64,000 nt of DNA, taken from IMG/VR virus record IMGVR_UViG_3300046005_000547, positions 1-64,000 of that record. The stretch is one strand, 5' to 3'. The translations under genes and the position numbers were made by a program. The notes beneath the pieces are model-generated. The model saw only the letters and a program-made list of their open reading frames with translations. It was not told the origin of the DNA and did not search any database. Positions within the stretch are counted from its first letter, which is position 1. The number at the start of each line of letters is the position of its first letter. Shown one piece after another: positions 33,736 through 43,890 of this stretch.

Positions 33736-34206
33736 TTAGCCATTACATTCACCACCACATTGTTTATAAAATGCCAATAATGTTTTCATTGGAACTGTAT
33801 GTTGTCCGTACCTAGATTTACCCGTTTTTGGATCTGGGAAACTCGCCCAGATATTACAACATTTACCGATAGCAGTTTGGAAATCGCCGTTCTCAATATC
33901 TTGAATTGCCTTACGTTCTTTGATTTGCTGGATGGCAATTTTGTCTTGAGAATCAGGGCTGAAATCCAACAATCCTAATTGTCTACGGTAAGCGTCGTAA
34001 TACTTACTCAACAACTGGTAACGACCTGCTGCAGTCGAAGATAATGTTGGATTCAATTTAATCAATTTTCTTGGATGGTCTGCATAAGATTTGAATTGAC
34101 TACCACCAACAATTGTATTGTACCCTTTGTTTGGATATCTATCAGTTCCTTCAGAATGACTGATTGTATCCAGAAACGCTTTCATATTTTTACTAATTTC
34201 ACTCAT
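33736..34206 (-). CDS. endolysin, lambda R-like (GH104) lytic transglycosylase
   Basis: AFLDTI..SEGT, HPR, STAAGRYQ, FSPDSQD, WASFP, YGQ. Confidence 0.9.
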   Translation of the reverse strand: MSEISKNMKAFLDTISHSEGTDRYPNKGYNTIVGGSQFKSYADHPRKLIKLNPTLSSTAAGRYQLLSKYYDAYRRQLGLLDFSPDSQDKIAIQQIKERKAIQDIENGDFQTAIGKCCNIWASFPDPKTGKSRYGQHTVPMKTLLAFYKQCGGECNG

Positions 34207-34215
34207 GATATAATG

Positions 34216-34623
34216 TTATCTCCGAAGATTGTTACCTAATGTATATTTTTGAGTCAATTTCCATTCAGACTTTTCTTTATGGGATAAAATCTTAATGTGA
34301 CTGATATTACATAAATCCGTTTTTACTTCAGGAATTTTAATCAATTCCCATTCTTCCAATAATCTCGCTATTGTATTACGTCGTTTAATATCATCATATT
34401 CAATATCTGTTCTTCTACCATCAAGATAAAATAATTCCTTGAAATGTACAATATAATACAATCCTTGTTTATGTAAAATATGACATGATTGAAATAATTC
34501 TTTTGTTTTTCTGGAAGCAATACCAATTCTGGTGAGTGTTTCTTTACATTTCAAAAAAGAATCATCGTCAATCAGTTCAATCCGTAACATGTCCTTTCTT
34601 GAATATCTATATTCATTATCCAT
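34216..34623 (-). CDS. regA: RegA translational repressor
   Basis: FLKCKETLTRIGIAS...LFQSCHILHKQGLYYIVHFKELF. Confidence 0.95.
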   Translation of the reverse strand: MDNEYRYSRKDMLRIELIDDDSFLKCKETLTRIGIASRKTKELFQSCHILHKQGLYYIVHFKELFYLDGRRTDIEYDDIKRRNTIARLLEEWELIKIPEVKTDLCNISHIKILSHKEKSEWKLTQKYTLGNNLRR

Positions 34624-34664
34624 TGTAATCCCTCAAATTTGATTTATATCAAATTATTTAAAGA

Positions 34665-35054
34665 TTACTTTGTTTTACCACCAGTGTACATCTTCTGACG
34701 AATTACATCTAATTGTTCTTTTGTTAAAATGGATAAAGCAATTTCAGCTTTTTTATGATTGAATCCATAATACTCTTGAATCAATTTAATATCATCTGTT
34801 GATTCAGATTTTTTTGACCATTTTGAAAAACGTTTCTTCTTCTTAATTGAATTTAACAAGAAATCATTTATCATCTTCTTTGACAATTCTGGCTTACCAT
34901 TCATCTCATTGGCTTGTAGGACAGTATCAGTGTAATATGATAATCCTCTTAATATCATGAATGTTGGAAATGCTTTTATAGATTCATCATCAACCAATAG
35001 ATCTTGTTTTGTATTATTGATTGCATCTAAGAATTCAAATAATCCTGTTGACAT
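34665..35054 (-). CDS. 62: clamp loader small subunit gp62
   Basis: FMILRGLSY..DTVL.ANEMN...KKKRFSKW; position in the operon. Confidence 0.9.
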   Translation of the reverse strand: MSTGLFEFLDAINNTKQDLLVDDESIKAFPTFMILRGLSYYTDTVLQANEMNGKPELSKKMINDFLLNSIKKKKRFSKWSKKSESTDDIKLIQEYYGFNHKKAEIALSILTKEQLDVIRQKMYTGGKTK

Positions 35055-35316
35055 ATAATTCCTTATGCATAATAGATTACATGGTCGTTATATTCTGTTT
35101 CAATTTTATCAACCAATTCATCAACATTTGATGCGTCTGCCAAGAATTTTGTTGAACGAATTTCATACGCAAAGAATCGTTCATCCTCAAATTCAATCAC
35201 AACAAACAATTCCTTCTCTGGTTCTTTCTCTTGTTTGGTGTAAGATCCGTTGTAATATCCAAACATGTATGCTGATATAATCCAGCAGATAAAACTAATC
35301 AATTCCATGTTTTTCC

Positions 35317-36267
35317 TTATTTAAATACACAACTAGACATAATCTCAACCATTGATGCCATGATATTCAATTCAGCATCAGCAACAAATGCTGCTTTATG
35401 TTGATAATCAGCTAGAATGAGAATCAATTGCGGTATTGATTGTGGTTCAAAATACATTGATGAGTTCTCATAGAAATCTCTGAACAAGGCAACAGAATCT
35501 GTATCATTTGTTCCAACCCATTTTCTTACTTCAGTGAAATTCTTTGCTTTCAGGAATGCAACTAATTCTTTATAGGAATCAGCAGATTGATTGATAAGAA
35601 TTCCTGTATCAATTTTACCAGAAACAGAGTAACGTTGTAATTCATTTAGAATCTTTCTAAAATCAGGAAAATGTTTGGTTACAACTTCGGCGACTACTTT
35701 AGGATCAAATTCAATTTGTTCCTGTTTAAGAATTTCAGTAGTTCGTTTGAAGAATTTGGCGGCTAATGCTTGTTTTTCATCTTTATCAACCACATAATCA
35801 ACATTGACTAATCTGCTGTGTAATGGAGCAGATAATTTTGATTTTGTATTACATGTTAAGATGAATCTACAATTTGATGAGAATGTTTCAATCTGAGCAC
35901 GTAATGCATTTTGGAATGCCGAAGTTGTGGCATCAGATTCGTCTAAGATGATAATCTTTTTACCGTCACCGAACGACACTGTTGACGCAAACTGTTCAAT
36001 TTTGACTCTAAGAGTTTCAATACCATTTTCAAGACTACTGTTAATGAATAATACATCAGCGTCTAATTCATTACATAAAGCCCAAGCAGCGGTGGTCTTA
36101 CCAGAACCTTGTATTCCACTTAGAAGTAAATTTGGAATCTCACCCTTGGACACAATATCCTTAAACATTGATTTCATTTTTTCTGGTAATATACATTCAT
36201 CAATTTTTGACGGTCTGTATTTCTGACTCCATAAAAATTCATCTTCATTTGTAGTTAATTCACTCAT
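35317..36267 (-). CDS. 44: clamp loader large subunit gp44
   Basis: LWSQKYRPSKIDECILP, GSGKTT, ILDESD, SRL, FPDFR. Confidence 0.95.
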   Translation of the reverse strand: MSELTTNEDEFLWSQKYRPSKIDECILPEKMKSMFKDIVSKGEIPNLLLSGIQGSGKTTAAWALCNELDADVLFINSSLENGIETLRVKIEQFASTVSFGDGKKIIILDESDATTSAFQNALRAQIETFSSNCRFILTCNTKSKLSAPLHSRLVNVDYVVDKDEKQALAAKFFKRTTEILKQEQIEFDPKVVAEVVTKHFPDFRKILNELQRYSVSGKIDTGILINQSADSYKELVAFLKAKNFTEVRKWVGTNDTDSVALFRDFYENSSMYFEPQSIPQLILILADYQHKAAFVADAELNIMASMVEIMSSCVFK

Positions 36268-36362
36268 TCACTTTCCTCATAACAAAAATAATGGAGAACA
36301 ACTTATCATTGTTCTCCTTTGTATCTTACTCGATAGATTAACTATCTATCATAACTCCTTGA

Positions 36363-37019
36363 TTAAAACTGAGAATCAGACTCAACTGCTAGGAAGTAAT
36401 TCACTGGTCTAGTTGTATGTTGGAACTTCGAGATTTTTTTGCTTGAGATTGAAACATTGTAATCACCAGAAATCAATTTCAACAATTCAACTTTAAGATT
36501 CACTGTAAATGTTTTATCAGTTTCGCCAATTTCAGTTGAATATGAATTGGCAGATGACAATTTCTTATTACCAATAACCAATGTGATTGTTGAACCGTCA
36601 CCAACGAATGAGATGTCAGCAACTTTCAACACAGAAGCAGTTTTATGGATTACGTCAATTTGACTTGCTGGTAGATGGAATTCAATTTCTGGTTCTGGGA
36701 ATTTGATTTCTTTGGTTGGGAATGATAATACATTTTCTTCAGCAGAATAGTATTTGATGCTGTTTTTGCCTTCTTTGATATGTACGAATTTTTCATTGAA
36801 TTCTAATTCAGGATCGCTGAATAATGATAAAGCCCCAAGGAATTCATTTACATCATAGATACCAAATTGTACAGGAAATTCTTCTACAACAGAAGCATCA
36901 GACATAATGTTTTTTGCTGTTGAGATAGTAGATAATGTACCACCAGCTTTGATTAACAAATTGCTGTTGATTGATGCGTAGTTTTTTAAGATTGCTTTTG
37001 TTTCTGTAGATAATTTCAT
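36363..37019 (-). CDS. 45: sliding clamp gp45
   Basis: MKLSTET.AILKNYASINSNL...FGIYDVNEFL. Confidence 0.95.
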   Translation of the reverse strand: MKLSTETKAILKNYASINSNLLIKAGGTLSTISTAKNIMSDASVVEEFPVQFGIYDVNEFLGALSLFSDPELEFNEKFVHIKEGKNSIKYYSAEENVLSFPTKEIKFPEPEIEFHLPASQIDVIHKTASVLKVADISFVGDGSTITLVIGNKKLSSANSYSTEIGETDKTFTVNLKVELLKLISGDYNVSISSKKISKFQHTTRPVNYFLAVESDSQF

Positions 37020-37078
37020 TTTGTATTTCCAATAATAAAGTTCAAAGTTGATGTATAATATAAATCAAGAGTAATTTG

Positions 37079-37151
37079 TGGGACTACTTGGATTCAAACC
37101 AAGAATTGCTTCGCTTATGAGGCGAGTCCTTTTTCATTAAGGTATAGTCCC
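37079..37151 (-). tRNA. tRNA with CAT anticodon (Met or Ile2), atypical
   Basis: GGGACTA/TAGTCCC acceptor stem, CTCATAA loop, CTTGG-TTTGAAT-CCAAG T arm; D loop lacks GG; no encoded CCA. Confidence 0.75.
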
Positions 37152-37167
37152 ACAAATTACTCTCAAA

Positions 37168-37196
37168 ATTATATATAACATCTATAATAAAGTCAA
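37168..37196 (-). promoter_or_regulatory. sigma70-like promoter of the tRNA
   Basis: TTGACT-N17-TATAAT directly upstream. Confidence 0.7.
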
Positions 37197-37281
37197 ATTA
37201 AACATTTTTGAAGAGAATGTTCATAAACTCTTTACAATTATATATAATTGTAATTTTAAATCAATTCTTTTTAATAAAAAT

Positions 37282-38082
37282 ATGTTAAACATAAAACAAT
37301 TGTTCGCGCAATATGGTGTAATAGTGAAAGAATCAAAATATCTTAAAATATATGAATCTTTAATGAATTCTCCTCCTGATACAGAAGGATATACCGAAAC
37401 GCATCATATAATACCAAAATGTATTTCTAACGATAACAAAAAATCTAATTTAATTGAAATTTCAGGAAGAAAACATTTTATATGTCATTACTTGTTATGT
37501 AAAATACTTGAAAAAGATACAAAATTTTGGTATAAATTAAATCACGCATTTATTAGATTTGGTTCGAATAATCTAAGTGGTAGATATTATAATTCTAGAT
37601 TATATGAATCTAAACGTAAAAATTTCTCTTCGGTTATGTCAAAATGTCAATCCGGTGAATTAAATTCACAATACGGTAAAATATGGATTTGTCATCCATA
37701 TTCAATTAAACCAACCATAATTTCACCAAATATGTTTGATGAATACTATAATCAAGGATGGTTATTAGGTAGGACAATAAAACATCCAAAAATTAAAAAA
37801 ATTTCTAAACGCGAAATGGAAAATTATGTAGATCCATATAAAGAAAGAGCATTAAAAACAATTTCTTTATTTTTATCTGGTGAATTTTATTCGATAAAAG
37901 AATTTGTAGAAACATCCAATGACAACACTTTAACAGTAAGCAATTTATCTGTACTATGGAGTTCAAAATTTCCTGATTATAAATCGTTCGCAAAATCAAA
38001 TATGGGTGTTAGGAAATCTTCAAAATATTGTAGAGAGTTCCTAAATCATTTAATTGACGACAAATTTATAGAATTAAATTAA
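37282..38082 (+). mobile_element. free-standing HNH homing endonuclease
   Basis: YTETHHIIPK...HFICHYLL..., SQYGKIWICH (NUMOD-like); inverted relative to neighbours. Confidence 0.85.
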
Positions 38083-38240
38083 AAATATCAAATTGGATGT
38101 CAGTAATATCTCAACTCATCGCTGCATTTAAAATGAGGTTCATCACTATATACCGCACAATCCATTTGATAAATTTAAAATTCATTTTTGAAGAGAACGA
38201 ATCAAACTCTTATGTTATTATATATTAAAATTTAAGAAGG

Positions 38241-38597
38241 TCAAATCTTATTTTTAACATATGGTAATTCATTCAGGAACATCAGACAACATACAGCATG
38301 AGCTAGATGAGATAGTCCTGTTTCAGAATCTGTTAATTCCCCGCGTTTCCAAGCCCACATATGACGTTGTGCTGCGTCAAAGTAACGATTCTCTCCGTCT
38401 TCAACATACATCCAATTATTTTCTGAATATTTCTGAGACCCAAATGTAAGTACCTTAACGACTTCATCTAATGAAATTGGAGGTAACAATCCATATTTGT
38501 TTTTACCAACATCAAACTTTCTACCAATTTCAGGGACATCTTGTTTAACATCATTCTTCATTTCATTGGATTGTTCCACATTTTGCTCCTTTAACAA
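38241..38597 (-). CDS. dATP/dGTP diphosphohydrolase (DUF5664-like)
   Basis: GRKFD.GK..YGLLP...FGSQKY..NNW...RH...GLSHLAHA.CCLMFL. Confidence 0.85.
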   Translation of the reverse strand: MLKEQNVEQSNEMKNDVKQDVPEIGRKFDVGKNKYGLLPPISLDEVVKVLTFGSQKYSENNWMYVEDGENRYFDAAQRHMWAWKRGELTDSETGLSHLAHAVCCLMFLNELPYVKNKI

Positions 38598-41500
38598 TAG
38601 AGATATCCCCTGTTAATACATTTTGATATGCCATACCATATTCAACAAATTTATCCGATTCCATCTGAGATAATTTAGTGTCAGTTTGTTTGTCTAACAT
38701 CGGTTTAAAGTAATCGGATACATTTTGTTGCGTTGAGTCATCATAATTGAATTGAATGCTTCCAACTGTATATTCTTCTTTAATTACAACAGGAGTCGTT
38801 TGATAATTGTTCGATTCATCAAACGAACGTAATTTGTTGATTGTAGTCTGATTCATTTTCTATCCTTCTGTTGGTCCATGGTAAATAGAGATTCTAATTT
38901 TATCGCCGTAGCTGATTCTTCTCATGTAGTATCGTTTTACCCGTTTCATATCAATTCTGACTTTCTTTTTAGAATGTCTTGGTTTTCTGATTGGGTGGAT
39001 ACCAAATACAAATTCTAACATTGGGTGTTGTAATACATTTGCCGACATTTTGATTCCTCTCTTAATTTAATAACAATGATACCATTCGAATTGTTAAAAC
39101 AAGTTTATTACCATATTTTCTTTCATAACCAACAGAACCGTTTTCCATCAACTTTTTATGAACATTTGTTGGAATATCGTCTAATCCTGTATGTTCACGA
39201 AACTCAATTAAAGATGGTTCGTCGGCAAAGAGTTTTACAACAGGATTATTATACCATCCTTCTATAGTTACACAATATACATAAGAAGATGTTTCTGGTT
39301 TTGATAATTCCTTTTGATATTGTTTTAAAATATCAACGACATCTGATACGTCTTCATTTCTAACGATTAGTTCTGAATTAACACCAACTATTTCAATATC
39401 ACATTTAGATTTGTATACATTGAAATCTTTATATGTTTCGAACTTAGTTATTTGTTCATTTTTCTTTTGGTAGAAATCATATTTGAATGTTCCTGAACCT
39501 AATGTTCCGATCCAATCATAATTAGATATAGACTCTTCAACATTTTCAATCAATTCTGAGGTTGAACCGATATACATTATTTTGTTTGAAATGATATTGC
39601 GAGCAAATGCTTCATATCCATTTTTCTGGAACACTTCAGGATCTTGATTCTTTTTAAAGATGTCAAATAATTGTTCTATTTCAGATTTCATGTAATTCCT
39701 CTTTCAGTTAATTTAAACAACAAATCTATTCTACTACATTTTAGTTCGAAAGTAAAGTCTTTATTTTAATCTTACCCAAGCCTTACTTGATGTGTAATCA
39801 TGGAACCTAATGAACAAATTTATTTTGTAAAATGATAATGTCGTGAATTAGAGCCCAGATTAGATTCTGTTTGTAATTTACACAATAAACGTTAGGATCT
39901 TTCTTCATAACAATCCTTTAATTTCATCGAAGAAGGTGTTAAAATGAATCTTTGGTATTGTTACCCCATTTCCATCAGATTCATTTAATATAAAGATATT
40001 GTCATCATAATCCGATAATTGGAATGATTCATTTAATGTTCTCATTTCAACATATTTACCAACTCTGTAAATCATTACATGTTGAACATCGTTTTGTTGG
40101 AACTTATCTATAAATTTGAATTCGGAATCTAATGTTAAAACAACAATATGTAGTGAATCTTCATATTCAAAGAAAGAACCAATTTGGTCAGAATCATCTA
40201 ACACTAATCCGACGGTAGAGTTTTCAACATATTCTAACGTAAATCCAGATTTGTTGAATTCTTTAATTGATACAACAATTTTATCACAAGACATCGTGTT
40301 TCCCTTGTAAGAAATTGGACGAAGACATTAATACGCATCCAAACATTATCGCATAAGATTGCCAATGTAAAAATGGTTGTTCATAAATTATCATTAATGT
40401 AACAATCACTAACGATAATCCAAACATCTCAATCGATTTATATATTTTCATAACTTATCTCTTATGTCAAGTAACCAATTTCGCAATTTTTTATCTTTGT
40501 TGGTTATATGTTTGAGTAGGATACCATCAGCAATTTGTTCATGTATATACCAGAACGGATACGTAATGAAATATGTTATACCACCAAATAATGCCAACGG
40601 AGAAATTGTAATTGCGTAGATAACCCAATAGATTAAATGTAAAATTCTATTCTTCATTATTGTTCCCAATATCCGATTTCATTTAAGATTAAAAATCGTT
40701 TAATTTCAACACTATGTCCAGGCGTTACTATAACGTAAAAGTTTGTTTCTTCGCCAGAATCATCCTCTTCTACTCCAACTCTGAACGATAACGTATCATT
40801 GAGATACAAATCCATTTTCTTATCACCAGAAGGTTCTTCTTTTGTTACAACATATCTGACACCAGGAATCTTTAATGTTTGTTCTTTGTTAAAACGTAAC
40901 ATGTTAATCTTCATAAGATTCTCTGTAAATTACGACAATATCACCAGATTCCATCAATTGTACAACTTTCTGGACATTTTCTTCATGCATCTCATCAGCT
41001 TGATTATCCATGTCATCCCGTAATTCCGATTTAGATAATCCTCTGTTACAATTCAAGTAGATTTCTTTGGTTACATCTGTTTCAATATATCCATTTTCTT
41101 CGACAGCAAAGAATGTCATTGTTTCGTATACTCTATCGCATCCAATTTCAAGTAATGTTTCTGTTGAATTTCCATTTGAATCTAAACGAACCATATTACC
41201 AACAGAACTCACTACAACTTGATATGTTCCATCTGAGATAAGAGTGTTACGACGATACAAACATCTATCTGCGCAGATAAAATGACCAGCCCATCCGCGT
41301 TCTTTAATTGTAATACCCATTTATTTCTCCTCGACACATTTAATGTAATTGAATGATTTTTGTAATTTGATTGGAACATTTTTATTGTAATCAGATAATG
41401 ATTTATTCGCTCTGATGATTTCCTTCTTACATTCAGGAACAGTCTTAAATGTTTTATCATTATTAAATGTAACAATTTGTTGATTGAATACATTTATGAT

Positions 41501-41599
41501 TAAGAATATCAATTTGATTTTCATATAAACCTCGCTTGTTAAGTTGAAAGTATTATAAATGTTAAAATGTATCTTAGAAAGATAAACATAATAATTAAA

Positions 41600-43780
41600 G
41601 TCGAGGAAGACACTATAAGAATATAAAGAAAACTTAATTGAATCTATAGAACTAACTCAAACCGTCGACATAGTCTAGTATACTGTCTTTTTATCGATTT
41701 CGAAAGGAGTTTCTAGATGGATGTAATTTACACATTCGATGTCCTTAAGACTCTTTCGATACGTGATTATAATTGATTCGATGTTGTCGTTTAAAATGAC
41801 CGTCCATATTTGGATTTTAAGGTGTATTAAATGTATCCTGTAGAGTTGATTGGTGTATATTGGAAACGTTCCATTAAGGTGGATTATTGGACAAATAATG
41901 GATGTTAACGAATCAACATAGACTATTATAATATGAAATTGAATCTAATAAAAATCCTGATGGAATGGTTGGTTCTCATCAGGATTTGGAAGCAGAGATT
42001 TTAATGTTGAATTATTGTATAGAATATACTCGATAAAGACAATAATATGTTCTTGTAGTAATATATTAATGTCTATAAAGAATCTAAAAGAATATTAGAA
42101 AAGCAATAGATACACTAACTGAAACGTCGACATAGTCTAGTATACTGTCTTTTCTAGGATTTCGAAAGGAGTTTCTAATCGTTGATGTTTACATACTCGA
42201 TGTTAAAGATTATCGAATGTCATCTTAAGACTCTTTCGATACATGATGTTTACAGTTTCGATGTAATCGTTAAATCCTGCCCAATTATTTGTTGATTTAA
42301 GAACGATTCATTGTATCTTGTAGACTTGATTGGCATAATACAGAAAAATTCCACTAGAGTCCATTAACGAGCAAATAATGGATGTTAATGATTCGTCCAA
42401 CAATATCAATTCTTAAAATTTCAAACAATAAAAATCCCGACAGAATTTGTTCATTCTTATCGGGATCTGATACGCAGAGATTATATGTTGTTTAATTGTA
42501 TAGAATATTACTATAATAATTCGATAAAGAGTCTTGAAGTAATATAATAAAATCTAAAAGTGTTATTAAAGGTAATAACTGAAACGTCGACATAGTCTAC
42601 TATAACGATATTTCCTCGAAAAGTCAAGAAGTATTTTTATGTTGATATTTACATACTCGATGCCTTAGATTATCCTTCGATGTTCTTGTATGTCTTTCAA
42701 TACATGATTATAGTTGATTCGATGTTATCATTAAATCCTACATGGAAATTTGCCAATATAAGACGAGTTAAATGTATCCTGTAAGTTGATTGACATAATA
42801 CAGGAATATTCCACTAGGATGGATTAACGAGCAAATAATGGACATTAACAATTCAACATAGAACCAATATATTGTAAATTTTATCTAATAAAAATCCCGA
42901 AAGAACTTTTGATTCAATCGGGATCTGACGCGCAGAGATTTTAATGTTGAATAATTACTCGATAAAGACATATTAATACTCTTGTAGTAATATAATAAAG
43001 TCTATAAAGAGTCTTGAAGTAATATAGAAAAATACTAAAAACCATTAATAACTCTACCTGAAACATCGACATAGTCTAGTATACTGTCTTTTTATCGATT
43101 TCGAAAGGATTAACTTTACCCTGTAATATACATACTCGATATCCTTTTCATCTTTAAGACTCTTTCGATACATGATTATTACTCATTCGATGTTAACAAT
43201 TATTATAGACATCCATATTTGGATTTTAAGATGGGTTATATTGTTGACATAGAGTTGATTGTTATAACATGAAAAGATTCCATTAAGATGGATTAACGAG
43301 CAAATAATGGATGATATAGAAGTAATATACAATTACAAAATCTGTAAATTTTATCTAATAAAAATCCCGACAGAATTGTTCATTCTTATCGGGATCTGAG
43401 ACTCAGAGATTTTATGTTCTTTAATTGTATAGAATATTGATATATTAATGCATATAAAGAACCTTGTAGTAATATAGAAGACAATAAAAGAAAACCTAAA
43501 AACAATAGATACATTAACTGAAACGTCGACATAGTCTAGTATATCCGAGTTTTATCGATTTCGAAAGGATTATCTTTACCCTGTAATAATCAAACTCGAT
43601 GTTTAAGATTATCGAATGTCATCTTTAAGACTCTTTCGATACATGATTATAGTTGATTCGATGTTAACATTTAATCCTACATGGAAATTTGCCAATATAA
43701 GATGGATTCAGAATATCCTGTAGAGTTGATTGATGTATATCATTAAAATCATTTTAACTTGGATTAACATTCAAATTTAC
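41600..43780. repeat. array of five ~460-480 bp degenerate tandem repeats (non-coding)
   Basis: core (g/a)tcgacatagtcta at 41664, 42126, 42586, 43065, 43525; recurring gactctttcgatac, gagttgattg, caaataatgga and aataaaaatccYga..tcRggat motifs. Confidence 0.92.
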
Positions 43781-43836
43781 ATCATAAATAATCTTATTGT
43801 ATACATTAAATCATAGACTACATGAACACTTTGATT

Positions 43837-43845
43837 TAATAAATA
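43837..43845 (+). promoter_or_regulatory. T4-late-like promoter TAATAAATA
   Basis: upstream of gp18; the same 9-mer precedes gp19 (46174) and gp22 (50983). Confidence 0.6.
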
Positions 43846-43890
43846 ATAATAAAGAACAAATATATCTCATACACAATAAGGAATTCCTAT

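Noticed and set aside
38093-38166. Second tRNA
   Set aside because: It folds as a rod hairpin with no T-loop consensus and no valid cloverleaf
41640-43535. Conserved leaderless peptide starting MS(T/M)(F/V)Q in each array unit
   Set aside because: ORF lengths vary (4, 12, ~33-35, 43, 48 aa) with no conserved sequence past the first codons; the ATG is more likely part of the DNA/RNA motif
41600-43780. CRISPR array or mini-array
   Set aside because: Period is ~460-480 bp, the repeats are degenerate and multi-motif, there are no 30-40 bp unique spacers and no cas genes
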